Positions 1-11,918 of a DNA stretch of 64,000 bases are shown one piece after another (the stretch's first letter is position 1; each line of letters begins with the position of its first letter). A model generated the notes under the pieces. It did no database searches, was not told the DNA's origin, and was given only the letters and a program-made list of their open reading frames with translations. The stretch comes from a virus. Where the stretch lies: positions 58,713 through 122,712 of the IMG/VR virus record IMGVR_UViG_3300020583_000224. One strand, 5' to 3'. Position numbers and translations under genes: made by a program.

Positions 1-2144
1 TGCGACGGAGGGCGTCGAGGTCTTCGTGCTCGTCCTCACTCATTGCCGCCGCCTTCCGTTCCTGCGCTGTCGAGCGTGTCGTTGCTGATCCAGCTATACC
101 CGCAACGACCGCAGCCCCGGTGGAAGTGATTCCGATCCTGCCCGGAGCACATTCCATGACGGAGGCTGTAGCCGCCGTCACACCAGCGCATCGTCGTGTC
201 GGACTCGCCGCACTTCGGGCACGCCAGGATCGGCACGCGCGGCGGGGTGTCCTGTGGTTCTTGGGTCGCCATGCCGAGTCCGGGTCGGAGCAGCACTTCG
301 GGGACAGACAGTTCGCTTACCGTCGTGTCGCCAGACACGTAGCCGCCCTTGGTCTTACCGTCGCCCATCGCCGTCTCCGATCGGTTCGAGTTCGATGGTC
401 GCCTCAAGGGGCCTGTCCGACCAGGCGGCGAGAAGGGTGTGCAGAACAGCACCCCGTTCGGCCTCCCGGGTCTCTCCGTCCACGTAGTTGCCTGTGGCGT
501 CGTACCACTTCACGACCGCTCGCACTCGGGCGTCGCGCGTATCGCCACCCCCGCGCTTGACCACGGCCGTGCGGCCTGTGGCCAGGTCGAGGACGCCGAT
601 GTTGTCTGCGCTGACCGCGAAAGCCGTGCTGGGCGGTACGCGGTTGTCCTCGTGGATCAGGCGCGCCCATTCGGGACCAGCCTCGGCCGCGAGCGCTTCC
701 TCGGCGAGTACGCATGCGGCTTCGTCGCGCAGTTCGTTGTACCGGTTGAGGATGTCGGCGAGGCAGCGCCGCACTGACCCGGTCGCGGAGTGCACGATCC
801 CGGCCTGCTCGTCGAGGATCGCGGCGAGTTCGGGCGGGACGGTTTCAGCAGTGAAGGGCACGCGTCCAGTATGAGGCTCGCGGCGGTCGGGCAATCAGCC
901 ATTCGTCGCAGTGTCGTCGGCCGCGAGCCCGGCGAGCAGTTCGTACGTCCAGCACGGCCAGCCGCCCCACTTCTCGCCGTCTTCGGCCTGGAACTCGCAC
1001 GCTTCGCAGTAGACGCCGGGCATGCGGATCGCCCAACCGCCGCCCGAATCGAGCCGGGGTTCGTGGCCGCCCAGCACTTCGTATGCGGGCTCGTTCGCGC
1101 GGTAGTGCTCGCGCAGCCGCACCCACTCGGCGTGGGCTTGCTCGAACTTGACCTTGAGTACGGCGAGCCGTTCGAGGCGCTGCTGCTCCAGGCGCTGGCG
1201 CCGACGCCACGATTCGCGGCCCTGCTCGGTGAGGTGATCGGGCGGCTCGCTGGCCGTGGCCGACTCAGTCACCGGCCTGCTCGCACTCGGGCACCGACGC
1301 GTGGTGATACAGCCGTTCCCCGGCCGCGCCGAGCATGCTGGCGAGGTCGCGTGCGGACGCGCCCGGGTTGGCGTTGAACACGTTGGTCGCGAACGCTGCC
1401 GCGCGCAGCAGCACCGCGCCGATCTGCTCGGCGGGGATGCCTTCGAGGTCGCGGCGGAAATCACCGGCGTTCTGCTTGGCTTGCTTGCGCATCGCCGGGG
1501 TCGCGGCGCCCAAGCGCTGGCGGATCGCGGCGGCGTACTGGTCGAGTTCTGGGCTGTTCACGCGGCCATCATCTCGCAGCGCAAATGGACTGCAATGTGG
1601 ACCATTTATCCGACTGGCACGCTCCGGGCCGCCGCAAGCCGGGCCTGTGCGGCTTCGGTGAGCGCCCGGTCGGCCGCAGCGCGGTCGGTCTGCGTCCGCC
1701 ACCACGGGTGCGCCTGGATTGCCTTGCCGAGGTTGATGCGCCGGGCGAACGCCTCGTGGGACGCGGCGGCCTGCTCGTCGGCGACCGGCGCGAGTCCGTC
1801 CCGGATGAGAGCGACGATCTGCTCTCCGCTGGGGAAGTCGGCGTGGATCCGCTCGTAGTCGGCGTCGGCCTCGAGGTAGCGCGCCTTAAGGTCGATCAGG
1901 CCAGGTGGCGGCGGTGTCGCGGTAATGGGAACCCCCGGGGTTTGGATGTAGTGGTGCGCGCCATGATGCCAGCGGCCACCGACAATTCCGGGGGAGGCGG
2001 GCAGTCCCACCGCTTTTGCAGGGAACAACGCGCACTGATCAGCGTTGGACCGCGACGAGACTGCCCAGGCCGATCGTACGGGAGGCTGACGGGCCGTCAC
2101 AAAAGCGCTAGCGTGACCCTCACGAATCGCGGGAGGAGACGGCA

Positions 2145-2558
2145 GTGAGCGACAGCGGCAGCATGCGAGGCGGCCGGGAGGTGCGGCCGTTCATCGAATC
2201 GATCTCCGGCCCGATGCCCGACACCGCCGAGTACAGTGCGATCAAGAACGGGCGCGAACGGCAGTCCAAGTCGTTCCCCGGCGCCGGCAGCGTCCGGTTC
2301 GTCGCCTACCTGTGGCGGGAGATCCAGAAGTACGCGATCATCCGGTCGCTCGAAACCGGCTTCGACGTTCCGAAACAGCACCGGCGGTTCGTCGTGGAAG
2401 GCTTCGAGGACTACGAGACCGCAGTGTCCAACTACGGGCTGGCCGTCGGCTGGCTTGTCGAACTCGTCGAACTGCACGGGCACGGCCTGTTCGATGAGGA
2501 GACGCTCGCGCAGATGGTCGACTCGCTGACGCCCGATGCTGAGGCCGATCCGCGTTAG
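2145..2558 (+). CDS. Hypothetical protein, opposite strand to its neighbours
   Basis: 137-aa ORF with globular-looking composition and GGAGGAG RBS upstream. Confidence 0.55.
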   Translation: MSDSGSMRGGREVRPFIESISGPMPDTAEYSAIKNGRERQSKSFPGAGSVRFVAYLWREIQKYAIIRSLETGFDVPKQHRRFVVEGFEDYETAVSNYGLAVGWLVELVELHGHGLFDEETLAQMVDSLTPDAEADPR

Positions 2559-2761
2559 GCCTGCTCGCCGCCGATGTGGTCGAAGTCCATGCCGCGCATG
2601 CCCGCGCGGAAAGTCGCCCACTCGTCTCGGTCGAACGTGAGCACCGGTCCGTCCGGGTCCTTGCTGTCGCGGATCAGCACGAGCCCGCCGTGCTCGCCAA
2701 CCTCGACGCAAGTGGCATTGTTGGGGCACCTCGCGGCCTTGGCCCAGCGAATCTCACTCAT
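2555..2761 (-). CDS. DUF397 family protein (BldB/Scr2-like)
   Basis: W-x-K...CVEV...IRDSKDPDGPVLTF...EW..F signature. Confidence 0.9.
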   Translation of the reverse strand: MSEIRWAKAARCPNNATCVEVGEHGGLVLIRDSKDPDGPVLTFDRDEWATFRAGMRGMDFDHIGGEQA

Positions 2762-3530
2762 CGTCATCTTCCTGTCCGTTGGCTTCGCGTACCGCCCGGT
2801 GGGTAGCCCGCGGTACGTCAATCGCGGCGCAGTGCTTGAGCCGGAACTGTTCGGCAGTCTCCCAGTCGAGACCTTCGGCGTCCTGCCGTTTCGCGTCGAT
2901 CAACATGACGAGGGCGTCGCGGACCGCGTCCAACTGCACGGGACTGAGGCCGATCAAGTCGAACGTCGCCGGATTGTGGCGCGCATAGAGCACTCAACAC
3001 CTCCAGGTCTGGGTCAATGCTAGAGGTTCGGTACGGCGAGCAGACCTTTTCAGTTGGAAGGTGCCGCGAGCCTGAGGATCCCGGCGGCCGCCTGCTCGAT
3101 CTCGGCGGGAGTCGCGCCGGGCGCGGTGGTGATCTGCTCCATGGCGTCGAGGAACTGCCAGCGCGCGGTCAGTGCCCGGGTGAACGCGAGACTGTCGGCC
3201 ACCGGTTCGTCGCCCGCGTCGCGTGCCTCGTTGTTGACGCGGGCGATCTCGGCCAGGCCGCTGGCCAACTCGTCGAACCACGGCGGGTCCGTGGAATCAG
3301 TGGATCTCACGGGGCGTCCAGGGCGTTCCTGAGGTCCGCGGCGATCGTGCGCGGGTCGACGCCGGTCGTAGCGAAGCTCTCACGCCACACGTTGACCGCA
3401 GTCTCGAACAGCTCGGCGGAACCGGCCAGGCTGTACGCCTCGCGCCAGGTCGCGGCCGGAATGCCGGTCTCCTGGCTGAGGGCGCCCATCTGAATGTCGG
3501 TGACGGCCTCGGTGTTGCTGCGGGTCATGG

Positions 3531-3935
3531 TCAGTTCTCCTCTTCTGTCTGCATTCCGCGCCGGGTGCACGTGGCGCATACGTCGAAGGGCACGCCGTTG
3601 GGGATGGTCGGGTCGGTCGCGGTCGGGGTTCCGGTTGTGCCGCATGCCGTCGTGACGGTGTCGTGGCCGTCGTTCCAGCGGGCACGGTGTCCGAGCCCGT
3701 CGATGATGGCGAGGATCGGGTATCGGTCGGTGCGTGTTCCGCGTCCGGGCCGGTTGGCATGCGCGGCACGGATCTCGTCTGCGGAGTACAGCGCCTTGGC
3801 GGGCCCTCGCGGGCTGCGCTGGTAGCTGACGGCTTTGACGCCCCAGCGGGACAGGGTGCTGGTCGCGGACTTGTTCGTTGCGGCGCCGATGTGCTCGGCG
3901 GCTTGCGTGATGGTCCAGAGTTCGGGTTCAGGCAT
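3531..3935 (-). CDS. Xis/MerR-like HTH protein with C-terminal Cys-rich domain
   Basis: LWTITQAAEHIG...TLSRWGV..ALYSADEI; C-terminal CG...CATC. Confidence 0.6.
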   Translation of the reverse strand: MPEPELWTITQAAEHIGAATNKSATSTLSRWGVKAVSYQRSPRGPAKALYSADEIRAAHANRPGRGTRTDRYPILAIIDGLGHRARWNDGHDTVTTACGTTGTPTATDPTIPNGVPFDVCATCTRRGMQTEEEN

Positions 3936-4002
3936 GGGCTTCCGTTCGGCGGCGGGGGGACGCGGCCAGGCGCCGGATCGATCCGGCGCCCGTGCGGTCT
4001 GG

Positions 4003-4278
4003 TCAGGCGGAGGCGTACGGGCCCATGATCGCGATCTTCTCGCCGAGTTCGAACTCGCGGACGTCGCCGTCGTTGCGGGTGACGATCACCAGCGTCGGGG
4101 TGACCATGCCGCCGTCGCGCCAGACCTCGTACTCGGCGAGGCGGATCTCGACCGACTTGATGGTCCAGGCGTTCTCGTAGCCGGGGCGCACGGCCCAGTA
4201 GCGGAATCCGGGGCGCATGTCCTCGACGTTGATGCTCGTGGTCTCGACGATCCCGGCCTGCGTAGCGGTGGCGGTCAT
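4003..4278 (-). CDS. Small hypothetical protein downstream of a promoter
   Basis: ATG with AAGGAG RBS. Confidence 0.6.
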   Translation of the reverse strand: MTATATQAGIVETTSINVEDMRPGFRYWAVRPGYENAWTIKSVEIRLAEYEVWRDGGMVTPTLVIVTRNDGDVREFELGEKIAIMGPYASA

Positions 4279-4315
4279 GTCCGGCTCCTTCGTTGGCGTC
4301 TTCCTGACACTTCTA

Positions 4316-4344
4316 ACTATGACGTATAGACGTGGAAGTGTCAA
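4316..4344 (-). promoter_or_regulatory. Housekeeping-sigma-type promoter
   Basis: Minus strand TTGACA-17 nt-CATAGT. Confidence 0.7.
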
Positions 4345-7300
4345 GCGTGCCTACGAAGATTCCTCAACCATCCCCGGGTCGTCATCCGCATGCCCGGCAG
4401 CATGCGCCTCGGCCTCGCTGACGGCCAGCTCCCGCGTGGGGATCAGGTCTTTCGTCGTGTGCCCGCAGATCAGGCACGTCCAATACCAGTGATACAGCGT
4501 GCCGAGCTGCCTGCTGTACCGGAAGGCGTGCGGCCACACGCGGTACGTGGCGGGCTCGTACGTGACCTCGACGCGCCCATCCGGCCACTGTGCGAGCGCT
4601 TCGAACCAGACCTCCGTGTAGTCCTGCGCGTGAACGCCTTCGGGCAGTACGGGCCACGCCGGCTTGGGGTTCGCGGCGCGCCAGGCGTCGATCGCGTCGG
4701 ACGCGGCGCGGGCGGCATCGTCCTGACTCGTCACGAGCCATCACCGCCCGCCCGGTCAAGCTCTACCAGATCGGGGTGCGTTGCCATCTCGTCCCACCCG
4801 GCGTACAGGCCGAACGCACGCGGAGCATCCCGCCGCGGCACGAGCCATTCGAGGATCGCGCCGCACGGCAGCTTGTGGAGGGACTCGGCGAGCAGGGCGC
4901 CGTACACGGCCTCGCTGAACTGGATGTCGTGCTGCGGGATGTCGATCGCGAGGATCGGGCCGCGCGAGAGCGGGTTCACGGACGCGTGGAAGTGCACGTA
5001 GCAGCGGATCTCGGTGAGGATCCGTTCGCAGTCCGGGCCGCCGCGCATGAGGATGAAGCAGGCGGTGAACGCGGACGGGGCGGTCACGGCGCTTCCCCCG
5101 TCCCGCCGCCGATCCCCTCGATCCGGCCGACGTGGGCTTCGATCTCGCCGTCCGCATTCCGGCCGACCGACACAAGCGCGACCGTGCCGGGCGGCATGCG
5201 CTCATCGACGATGATGCGCCCCGCCCAGTCGACCTTGGCGTTCTCGAGCCCGTAGGTTGGGTCGACCGCGCGGTGGATCTTCGTCGGCAGTTCGTTCAGC
5301 ACGTCGGCCGTGTGCGCGGCGAGTTGGTCGCGGAGGTCTTTCGGCACCCGGATGTCGGCGCACACGGTACTGGCGGCGTTCGCGTACTCGCGCGCCAGGT
5401 GCACGAGGATGTCGGTCAGCCGCCGGTTCGTCAGTTCGTCATCGTCCACGGGTTCAGGATCCCACCGTGCAGTCGGGGCACGGGATGCGCGGTACGGGCT
5501 GGACTCGCTGCCACGCCCAGCCGGTAGGCCAGTTCGCCCAGTCGCTGACCCAGCCGAGGTCGAGGCATCGGTGGCAGCGGAACGGCTCGATCGGCCGGCG
5601 CGGCAGGCCGACGGTCACGGCAGCCACGGCGCGTCCGTTAACGGCCGGTGGAAGAACGGCGTGCGCGGATCGGCAGTGGCACACCGGACGCACTGGAGCA
5701 CGGACGCGGTCTCGCCGCAGTAGCCGACCGCGAACACGGCTGGCGCGCCGCAAGCGCACGTGGGCTGTTCGTCGTCCTCGACCGCGTGCAGCCATCGCGT
5801 GCGGGGATGCCCGTCGGGTAGGGCGCTCTGGCTTGCTTCGACCGCGTTGATGGCCCGCGTGACGGCTTGCCGGTGCGCTGGCGTCCCTGGGTTCGGCCAG
5901 TCGAGGGCGAGTTGCTCAGCGGCGACCATGAGGGCGCGGACTGCGGCACCTCGGGCTTCGAGGTCCGGCTCGATCACGGCCATGACGGCGTCGGCTTGGG
6001 CTTCGGGGATCAGGACCCGGCATTCCTCGAGCGCCGCCACGATCCGGGCACGCAGGTCGTCGGTCACGGCGCGTCTCCGTCCTGGTAGGCGTGGTCGGGC
6101 GCGCCGTCGTCGCAGAGCACGCACCGGCCGTCGTGATGCGCAGAGCGCACGTGGTCGCATCCCGCGCACTTCGGTCGGGGTGGCCGGTCCGCGCCGACGA
6201 TCGCCCAGCCGTGGCCCGGCCCGCAGTACGTCCACACCTGCCCGTCGTCGTCGGCGTGCTTCTGGTCGTACGCCGGGTCGGTGGGGAAGTCGCGGAAGTG
6301 GTACTCGTGCCACCAGAGCCCGAAGTTGACCTCGTCGCGTACCTTGGCCTGGTCTTCGGGCGCCAGGGAGGCGAACCAGGCTTCGAAATCGGTCCCGGTC
6401 ACGGCGCGATCCCTTCGGGCGTTGGCCGCTCGGTGACTACCGCACGCAGTTCGCGGGTGCCGACGAATCCGCGAGCGATCAACTGGTCCATGAGCCACTG
6501 CACATTGTCGGCCTCGGCGCGGGCCTTGTCGCGCTCGGCCTGCATGTCGTCGAGTTGCTTCAGCGCGGCGGCAATGTCGCTGCCGCGCAGCTCGTACGCC
6601 CGGTCGGCGTGGATGCGTTCGATGACGTCGCGGCCGGGCACGAGCCACACGTTGAGGAACGCCCGGAGACGGTCCACGGGGTCGTCGTGCAGGTCATCAG
6701 TCGCCATCAACGGCCTCTGTTCCACCAGGCGCCGTCGGTCGCGCTGGCATCGGATACGGGTAGCGGTGCCCGTCATGTCCGGCAGGGAGCGAGCATGGCT
6801 TGCAGCCCATCTCGGCGAGCATGTCCTCGGGTACGGCGCCGCAGATGGGCTCTTCACCGCGCCACGTGTAGTCAACGCGCACTGCCTTGATCTGCTCGAT
6901 CGTCGCGTCGATCAGGTTCGGGTCGGGGTCGCCGGCGAGTGCGGTCTCGAGAAAGACGGCTGTTGCGACCTCGCGCCGGTTGATAGTGCGTATGAGCGCC
7001 TGGTGTTCGCGGGCCAAGAAACGGCGTGCGGCGGCGCGCGCGGGTTCCACCTGGTCCGGCGTCAGGCTTGCGGGCTGCAGGTCAGTCATCGTTAGTCTCC
7101 GGTTCGGCGGTGAGCCAGTCGGGCAGCGCGTCAAGGCTCGCATGGCGCCCGACGAGCCAGTTCGCGCATGGGACGCCCGTGTAGTTGATGAACATCCGCG
7201 CGATGTCGCGTGCGTGGTCCCGTTGCGCTTCGGTGACATCGGCGCGGACCGCTTCCGCCGTGGCCTCGCCGCGGGCGTCCACGATCTCCTGCCGCAGCCG

Positions 7301-8028
7301 GGCGACCTCGGTGTCCTGGCGTGCGAGCGAGTTGAGCAGTTCCCGGTTGGCGTCGAACGCGTAGGTGCGTTGACGGTCCGATATGTCGAGGTCGTCGAGC
7401 AGTTCGCTGACGGTCTTGCTGGGCCACGACATGTTGCCGGGGTCGTTCGCTATGGCCTGGCGCAGGCCGACGCGCTCATCGGGAGTCACGACTCGTCCTC
7501 CCCAAGCGGCTTCCACGTGCCGTCAAGATACTTCCAGGCCAGCCGGACCGCCGTGTACAGCGACGACGCGGGAATCTCCTGGATCGAGACGAGCTCCTTC
7601 GACCCGTCGCGGCCCGCTCGCAGCGCCTTGCGGATGTCCTGCCCGGTTATGGCCTTGGTGCGCGGGTTCTCGGGCTTGCGCGGCTCGACTGGCGGAGGGT
7701 CGTAGGCGAGGGTCGCGGTCTGCCCGCACTCAGTGCATTCGACGCGCGTCGTGGACCAGGACAGGGTGCGCGGTTCGGTGCCGGGCGGGTCGCCGGTGTA
7801 TTCGCTGGTCCAGTCGTGGGCGCCTTCGTCGCAGCCGGGGATGTGGATGGCGTCGGCGAGGTCGAGGAGCCGCCCGAACAGGACGGCGCGGTCCCATTCG
7901 GGGGACGGGGTTGCAGCTTTCTCGGCGCGGTCGGCCTCGGGGTCGGCGTTGGTCATGCAGTCCTCCAGGGTCTTGGTCCATGGTCGCGCGTCACGGCCTG
8001 TGCCCGCGCGGGTTTCGCGGCGGATCGT

Positions 8029-8535
8029 CTACGGTCGGCTCTCCGGGTTGATGTTGAGGCCGAGGAGCGCGGGATCAAGTTCGGTCTCGAACTCGCCCCA
8101 GGTGCGCCGTACGGTGACGACGATCTCAAGCTCCCCGGCGCTGGTGTTGTCGCGGATCTCGCCGCGCAGCATCGCAGCCAATTGTGCGTCGGTGGCGCGT
8201 TCGAGCGGCACGTATTCGCCGGTGATGCATTCGGTGCAGCCGCAGCCGTAGGGGTCGATCGCGATCGGCCACGGGGCGTCGTCTTGGAGGGCGGCGAGGC
8301 CGGGCGGGGAGATCAGGTAGTACTTGCGGATCGGCCGGTTGGCGCCAGCGCGGATCCACTCGTCCTGCGTCTCTGAGCGTCGGGCGACGAGGCCTTCGGC
8401 TTCCATGCGGGCGAGGAGCGGGTAGATGGTGCCGGAGGGGCGGCCGGTGGTTTGGATGAGGTCGTAGCCGGACATTTCGTCGTCGGCGTTGTAGAGGGCG
8501 CGGAGGATGTCGCGGGCTGCGGGGGTCGTGTTCAT
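8029..8535 (-). CDS. PadR-family winged-helix regulator with C-terminal CGCTEC domain (alternative GTG start at 8544)
   Basis: MSGYDLIQTTGRPSGTIYPLLARMEAEGLV...RKYYLISPPG PadR motif. Confidence 0.85.
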   Translation of the reverse strand: MNTTPAARDILRALYNADDEMSGYDLIQTTGRPSGTIYPLLARMEAEGLVARRSETQDEWIRAGANRPIRKYYLISPPGLAALQDDAPWPIAIDPYGCGCTECITGEYVPLERATDAQLAAMLRGEIRDNTSAGELEIVVTVRRTWGEFETELDPALLGLNINPESRP

Positions 8536-10569
8536 CGGGCTCACAACACAGTAGACTACCTATGTAGAGACTTGATCGCCAGTGGATTCCGGCTACCCAC
8601 CGCTGCAACTTGGCCAGTCCACGGCCCACCCCGTGACCTGCACCAACACAAACCGGGTCTCGCGAAACCGCAGGTGGCACTCCGCGGCTGGCCGGGCAGG
8701 GGGCAAGCATCGGCCCGCCTGCGTCAGCCCGTCACCACCGCGGTCTCCGGAGCCGCGGTATCCACCGCTGCACCCGGTTGGCGGCCGACACGTGCTCGAG
8801 CCACGCCATGTGGTTGTCGCTGCGCGGTACACGCTCGAGCGTGTACCAGGATCCGACCCAGCCGCGGGTCACGTAGTGGATGTGCGCCTCGGCCGGGCAG
8901 GCGCGGGTGCAGCGGGTACGGCCGGTCACCAGAGCCCGCACGCCCGCCACAGCCCGACCGCGACAGCCTCCATGCCGTGCTCGACGAGCCAGCAGCCGAT
9001 GACGTCCACGCGCCGCGTGGCCCGCAACCGCACCCGGGTCTTCAACGGCAGCGGCAGGCGGCGGGACACCTTGCCGGACGCGTGCAGGAACAGGTAGGGC
9101 GCGGGAGGTCGTCTCACGAGTCGCATGGCTTCAGTGTGCCGCAGACTTGTGCTTGACCTGCCCCGGGTCGAAGTCGGTGACCCACTTCTCGTCGTTCGGG
9201 TCCTCGAACTCGACGTACACGGAGAAGCTGTAGGGCACGCCGTCGAGGCCGATGTTCGGACCGGCCGAAACGACGATGCCGTCGCGCACGTCTGCAAGGT
9301 AGCCGCCGCCTGCGTACATGGAGACTTCGACCTCGTCGCCTGGGTTGAACTCGGTCACCATGCTGGCCCCTCGCACCTTCCGTAGTAGACGTCGTATCCG
9401 ACCGCGCCCTCAACGGTCAGGATCCCGGCCGCGGCTTCGTCCCCGGCCTGGACGTATCCGACGTAGTTCGGGTCGCTGATCGCGTCGGGCGTGGGCGGGA
9501 CACCGAACACGCCGACACCGAGGTCGGTCTCGAGTTCCGCGCGGGTGACGATCCCGCGCTGGCACCGGAGGCGCATCACGTCGTCGGCCGTCGTCTCGCC
9601 GCGATCCGTCCGATGTCGAGCCGGTCACGTTCCAGCCGCTCCTCAAGTTGTACCAGCGTGGACGGGACGAACGCGTCGCAGTCGCACCGTCCGTAGTGCG
9701 TGCCGCCGGGCAGTTCGCGGGCGACGCTGGCCGCGCACGGACCGCGCTCATGGGAGGCGTAGTGGTGGCGGCAGTTCTCGCAGCCGATTGGCAGGTACAT
9801 CGCGCAGTCGGCGCACACGAACCCGCCGCCGGTGAACCGGACGTACGGGTCCTTCAGTTCGCCGCAGCGGAAACAGGCCTCGGTCACGTCACTCATTGTC
9901 GCCGTCGGCGATCTCCCGCTGTCGCCGCTCGCATGCGGCCGTGTCCTTGCACAGCCACCGCGGCCCGGCGTTCGGCCCGTACTGGGGTCGTTGCGCGGGC
10001 ATGTACACGTCGGCGACCGTCCAGTCGGCGTCGCACGCACTGCACCGGTAAGTCTTCGGGCGGCTGCCGCTGCGGTCGTGCTTCTCGCGCCACAGTTCGC
10101 TGTAGGCGGCGAGCAGGGCGCGCAGGTACGGGGTGAGGAACGCTTGGGTGAACTGGTCATGGCGCCCGGTCAGGTCCCGGGCTACGTACCGGTTGAGGAC
10201 GTCCACGGCCTGTTCGGGCGTGGGCGGCGGGGCGAGTTCGAACAGTTCGGTGTAGTCGTTGTCGACGGTCATAGCTCAGTGTCCCGCGGCCGCGTCGTGA
10301 CAGCGGCAGAGGCAGAACCGTGCGCAGTCCGCGCCGAGCGGCGTGAACCCGCCCTGGCAGCCGTGTTCGGCGTCGCCTCTGTCGTGTCGGCCGAGGACGC
10401 AGCGGATCGAGCGGGTGTAATCGAGGCGGATGCGCATGCGCTGATTGTCCCGCCACCGTTACCGGGCCGCCTCGTCGCCTGCCTGGTAACGGTTGCGCAG
10501 CAAACCGCAGCCAGCCGACACCCCGTCAGTACAGTGCGTCCCGACACACTGACTCACCAGGGGGCAACC

Positions 10570-11076
10570 ATGGCTAAGCGTCCTACCGCACCATCGAACT
10601 CTGTCTCGTTCTGGACCGGGAGCGCGCTCGTGTACTTCGACGGCCACGACCTGACGATCAACCGGCCGTCCGGGTCGATCAAAGGCATCGTGTCGTACCC
10701 CGTGGACCAGATCTCGGGTATCCAGATCACGAAGCCGCCACTGTCGCTGCACGTGTTCCGGATCCTGGTCGCGGGGGAGTCGGCGCCGCGCCGGTCGCAG
10801 GGGATGCTGGAGGTCGCACGGGACCCGTTCGCGGTCCAGTTCAACTCGAGGTGCAAGGCGGAGGCTGAGGCGGTCGCACAGGCCGTACGCGACGCACAGG
10901 CGGCGCTGCGTGCCCCGGACCCGGCCGCGCCGCAGCCGGCCTCGGATGGTCTCGCCGGCCAACTTCAGCAGCTCGCCGCCCTCCACGCGCAGGGCGCGCT
11001 GTCCGACGCCGAGTTCGCTGCCGCTAAGGCGCGGCTGATCGGCGGGGCGCAGGACGAGACGCCGGGGGGTTGGTAG
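10570..11076 (+). CDS. PH-like (DUF4429-like) + SHOCT domain protein
   Basis: C-terminal LQQLAALHAQGALSDAEFAAAKARLI SHOCT motif. Confidence 0.8.
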   Translation: MAKRPTAPSNSVSFWTGSALVYFDGHDLTINRPSGSIKGIVSYPVDQISGIQITKPPLSLHVFRILVAGESAPRRSQGMLEVARDPFAVQFNSRCKAEAEAVAQAVRDAQAALRAPDPAAPQPASDGLAGQLQQLAALHAQGALSDAEFAAAKARLIGGAQDETPGGW

Positions 11077-11126
11077 CACTTCGCCGCCTGGCGCACCTCG
11101 GGTAGATGTGCCAGGCGGCGAGTCTT

Positions 11127-11441
11127 CTACAGGGCGAGCGCCGAACGCAGCCCGGCCGCGACGCGCATCATTGTCTGCGGGGTCAGCGCTCCACCCTCGC
11201 GCTTAACCTCGTCCGGGAACAGTTCGAAGATGTCGTCGCACAGCACCCGGCCGACGAGCGGGTCCTGCGGGGCGAGTTCGACGATGCTCTCCAGCGCAGG
11301 CTTGCTGTCGGTCGTCGTGATGCGCACGACCAGCGCGGTGAGGAGCCGAGTGTTGCGCCCGTTGTTGCTCACGACCAGGAACGGCTTATCACCCTGGCCG
11401 ACGTCGGCGTAGTAGACACGCCCGCGCAGCAGCGCCGCCAT
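11127..11441 (-). CDS. mazF: MazF/PemK-family toxin (mRNA interferase)
   Basis: LRGRVYYADVG..DKPFLVVSNN.RN......VVRITT; ends MMRVAAGLRSALAL; resembles mycobacterial MazF proteins. Confidence 0.88.
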   Translation of the reverse strand: MAALLRGRVYYADVGQGDKPFLVVSNNGRNTRLLTALVVRITTTDSKPALESIVELAPQDPLVGRVLCDDIFELFPDEVKREGGALTPQTMMRVAAGLRSALAL

Positions 11442-11444
11442 GGG

Positions 11445-11738
11445 CTAGTCCTTCCCGCCGCGGCGGCGCTGGCGCATGATGGCGTGGAACTCCCGGTCTT
11501 CGTCGGTTTGCGAGGCTGCAAGGGCGGCGTAGCCGTGTTCGGCGACGCGTTCCTTGATGACGCCGAGGCCGAGGCTGAGGGCGGCGTGCAGGGTGGCTGC
11601 TTCGGAGCGGACGGCGACTGGCCCGACTAGTTCGACGAGTGCCTGGTAGGCGGGGCTGCCCTGGTCGCGGGCGGCTTCGACTATGGCGAGCTCGTCGGGG
11701 TCGATGGGGACGTTCCTTCGGGTAGCATCCGTCTTCAT
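11445..11738 (-). CDS. Probable cognate antitoxin
   Basis: 97-aa ORF 3 nt upstream of the toxin; TGTGCCA direct repeats in its promoter region. Confidence 0.7.
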   Translation of the reverse strand: MKTDATRRNVPIDPDELAIVEAARDQGSPAYQALVELVGPVAVRSEAATLHAALSLGLGVIKERVAEHGYAALAASQTDEDREFHAIMRQRRRGGKD

Positions 11739-11918
11739 GGCTCAAAGTCTGGCACAAATCGTGGCACACTGCTAGCGACATGCCATCAAAACGGGGGCCA
11801 TTCTGATATCACCCCTGGTCACCACGGCGGCGTCCAGTCCACCAAGCGGCGCAGTCACGGCGTCTCGCCGTGCTCGAAGCGGGCGGCGAGGTGGATATTG
11901 GTCGGCCGAGTAGCCACG

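Larger units (their letters stand above)
36..10272 (-). other. Leftward array of ~25 short, tightly overlapping phage accessory genes, many with CxxC pairs (e.g. 36-368, 355-894, 895-1272, 1265-1561, 4351-4734, 4731-5087, 5084-5449, 5615-6067, 6064-6402, 6399-6707, 6697-7089, 7082-7489, 7486-7956, 9131-9361, 9355-9579, 9889-10272)
   Basis: Successive ORFs joined by 4-nt GTGA/ATGA start-stop overlaps; phage-like size and composition; no families recognised. Confidence 0.7.
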
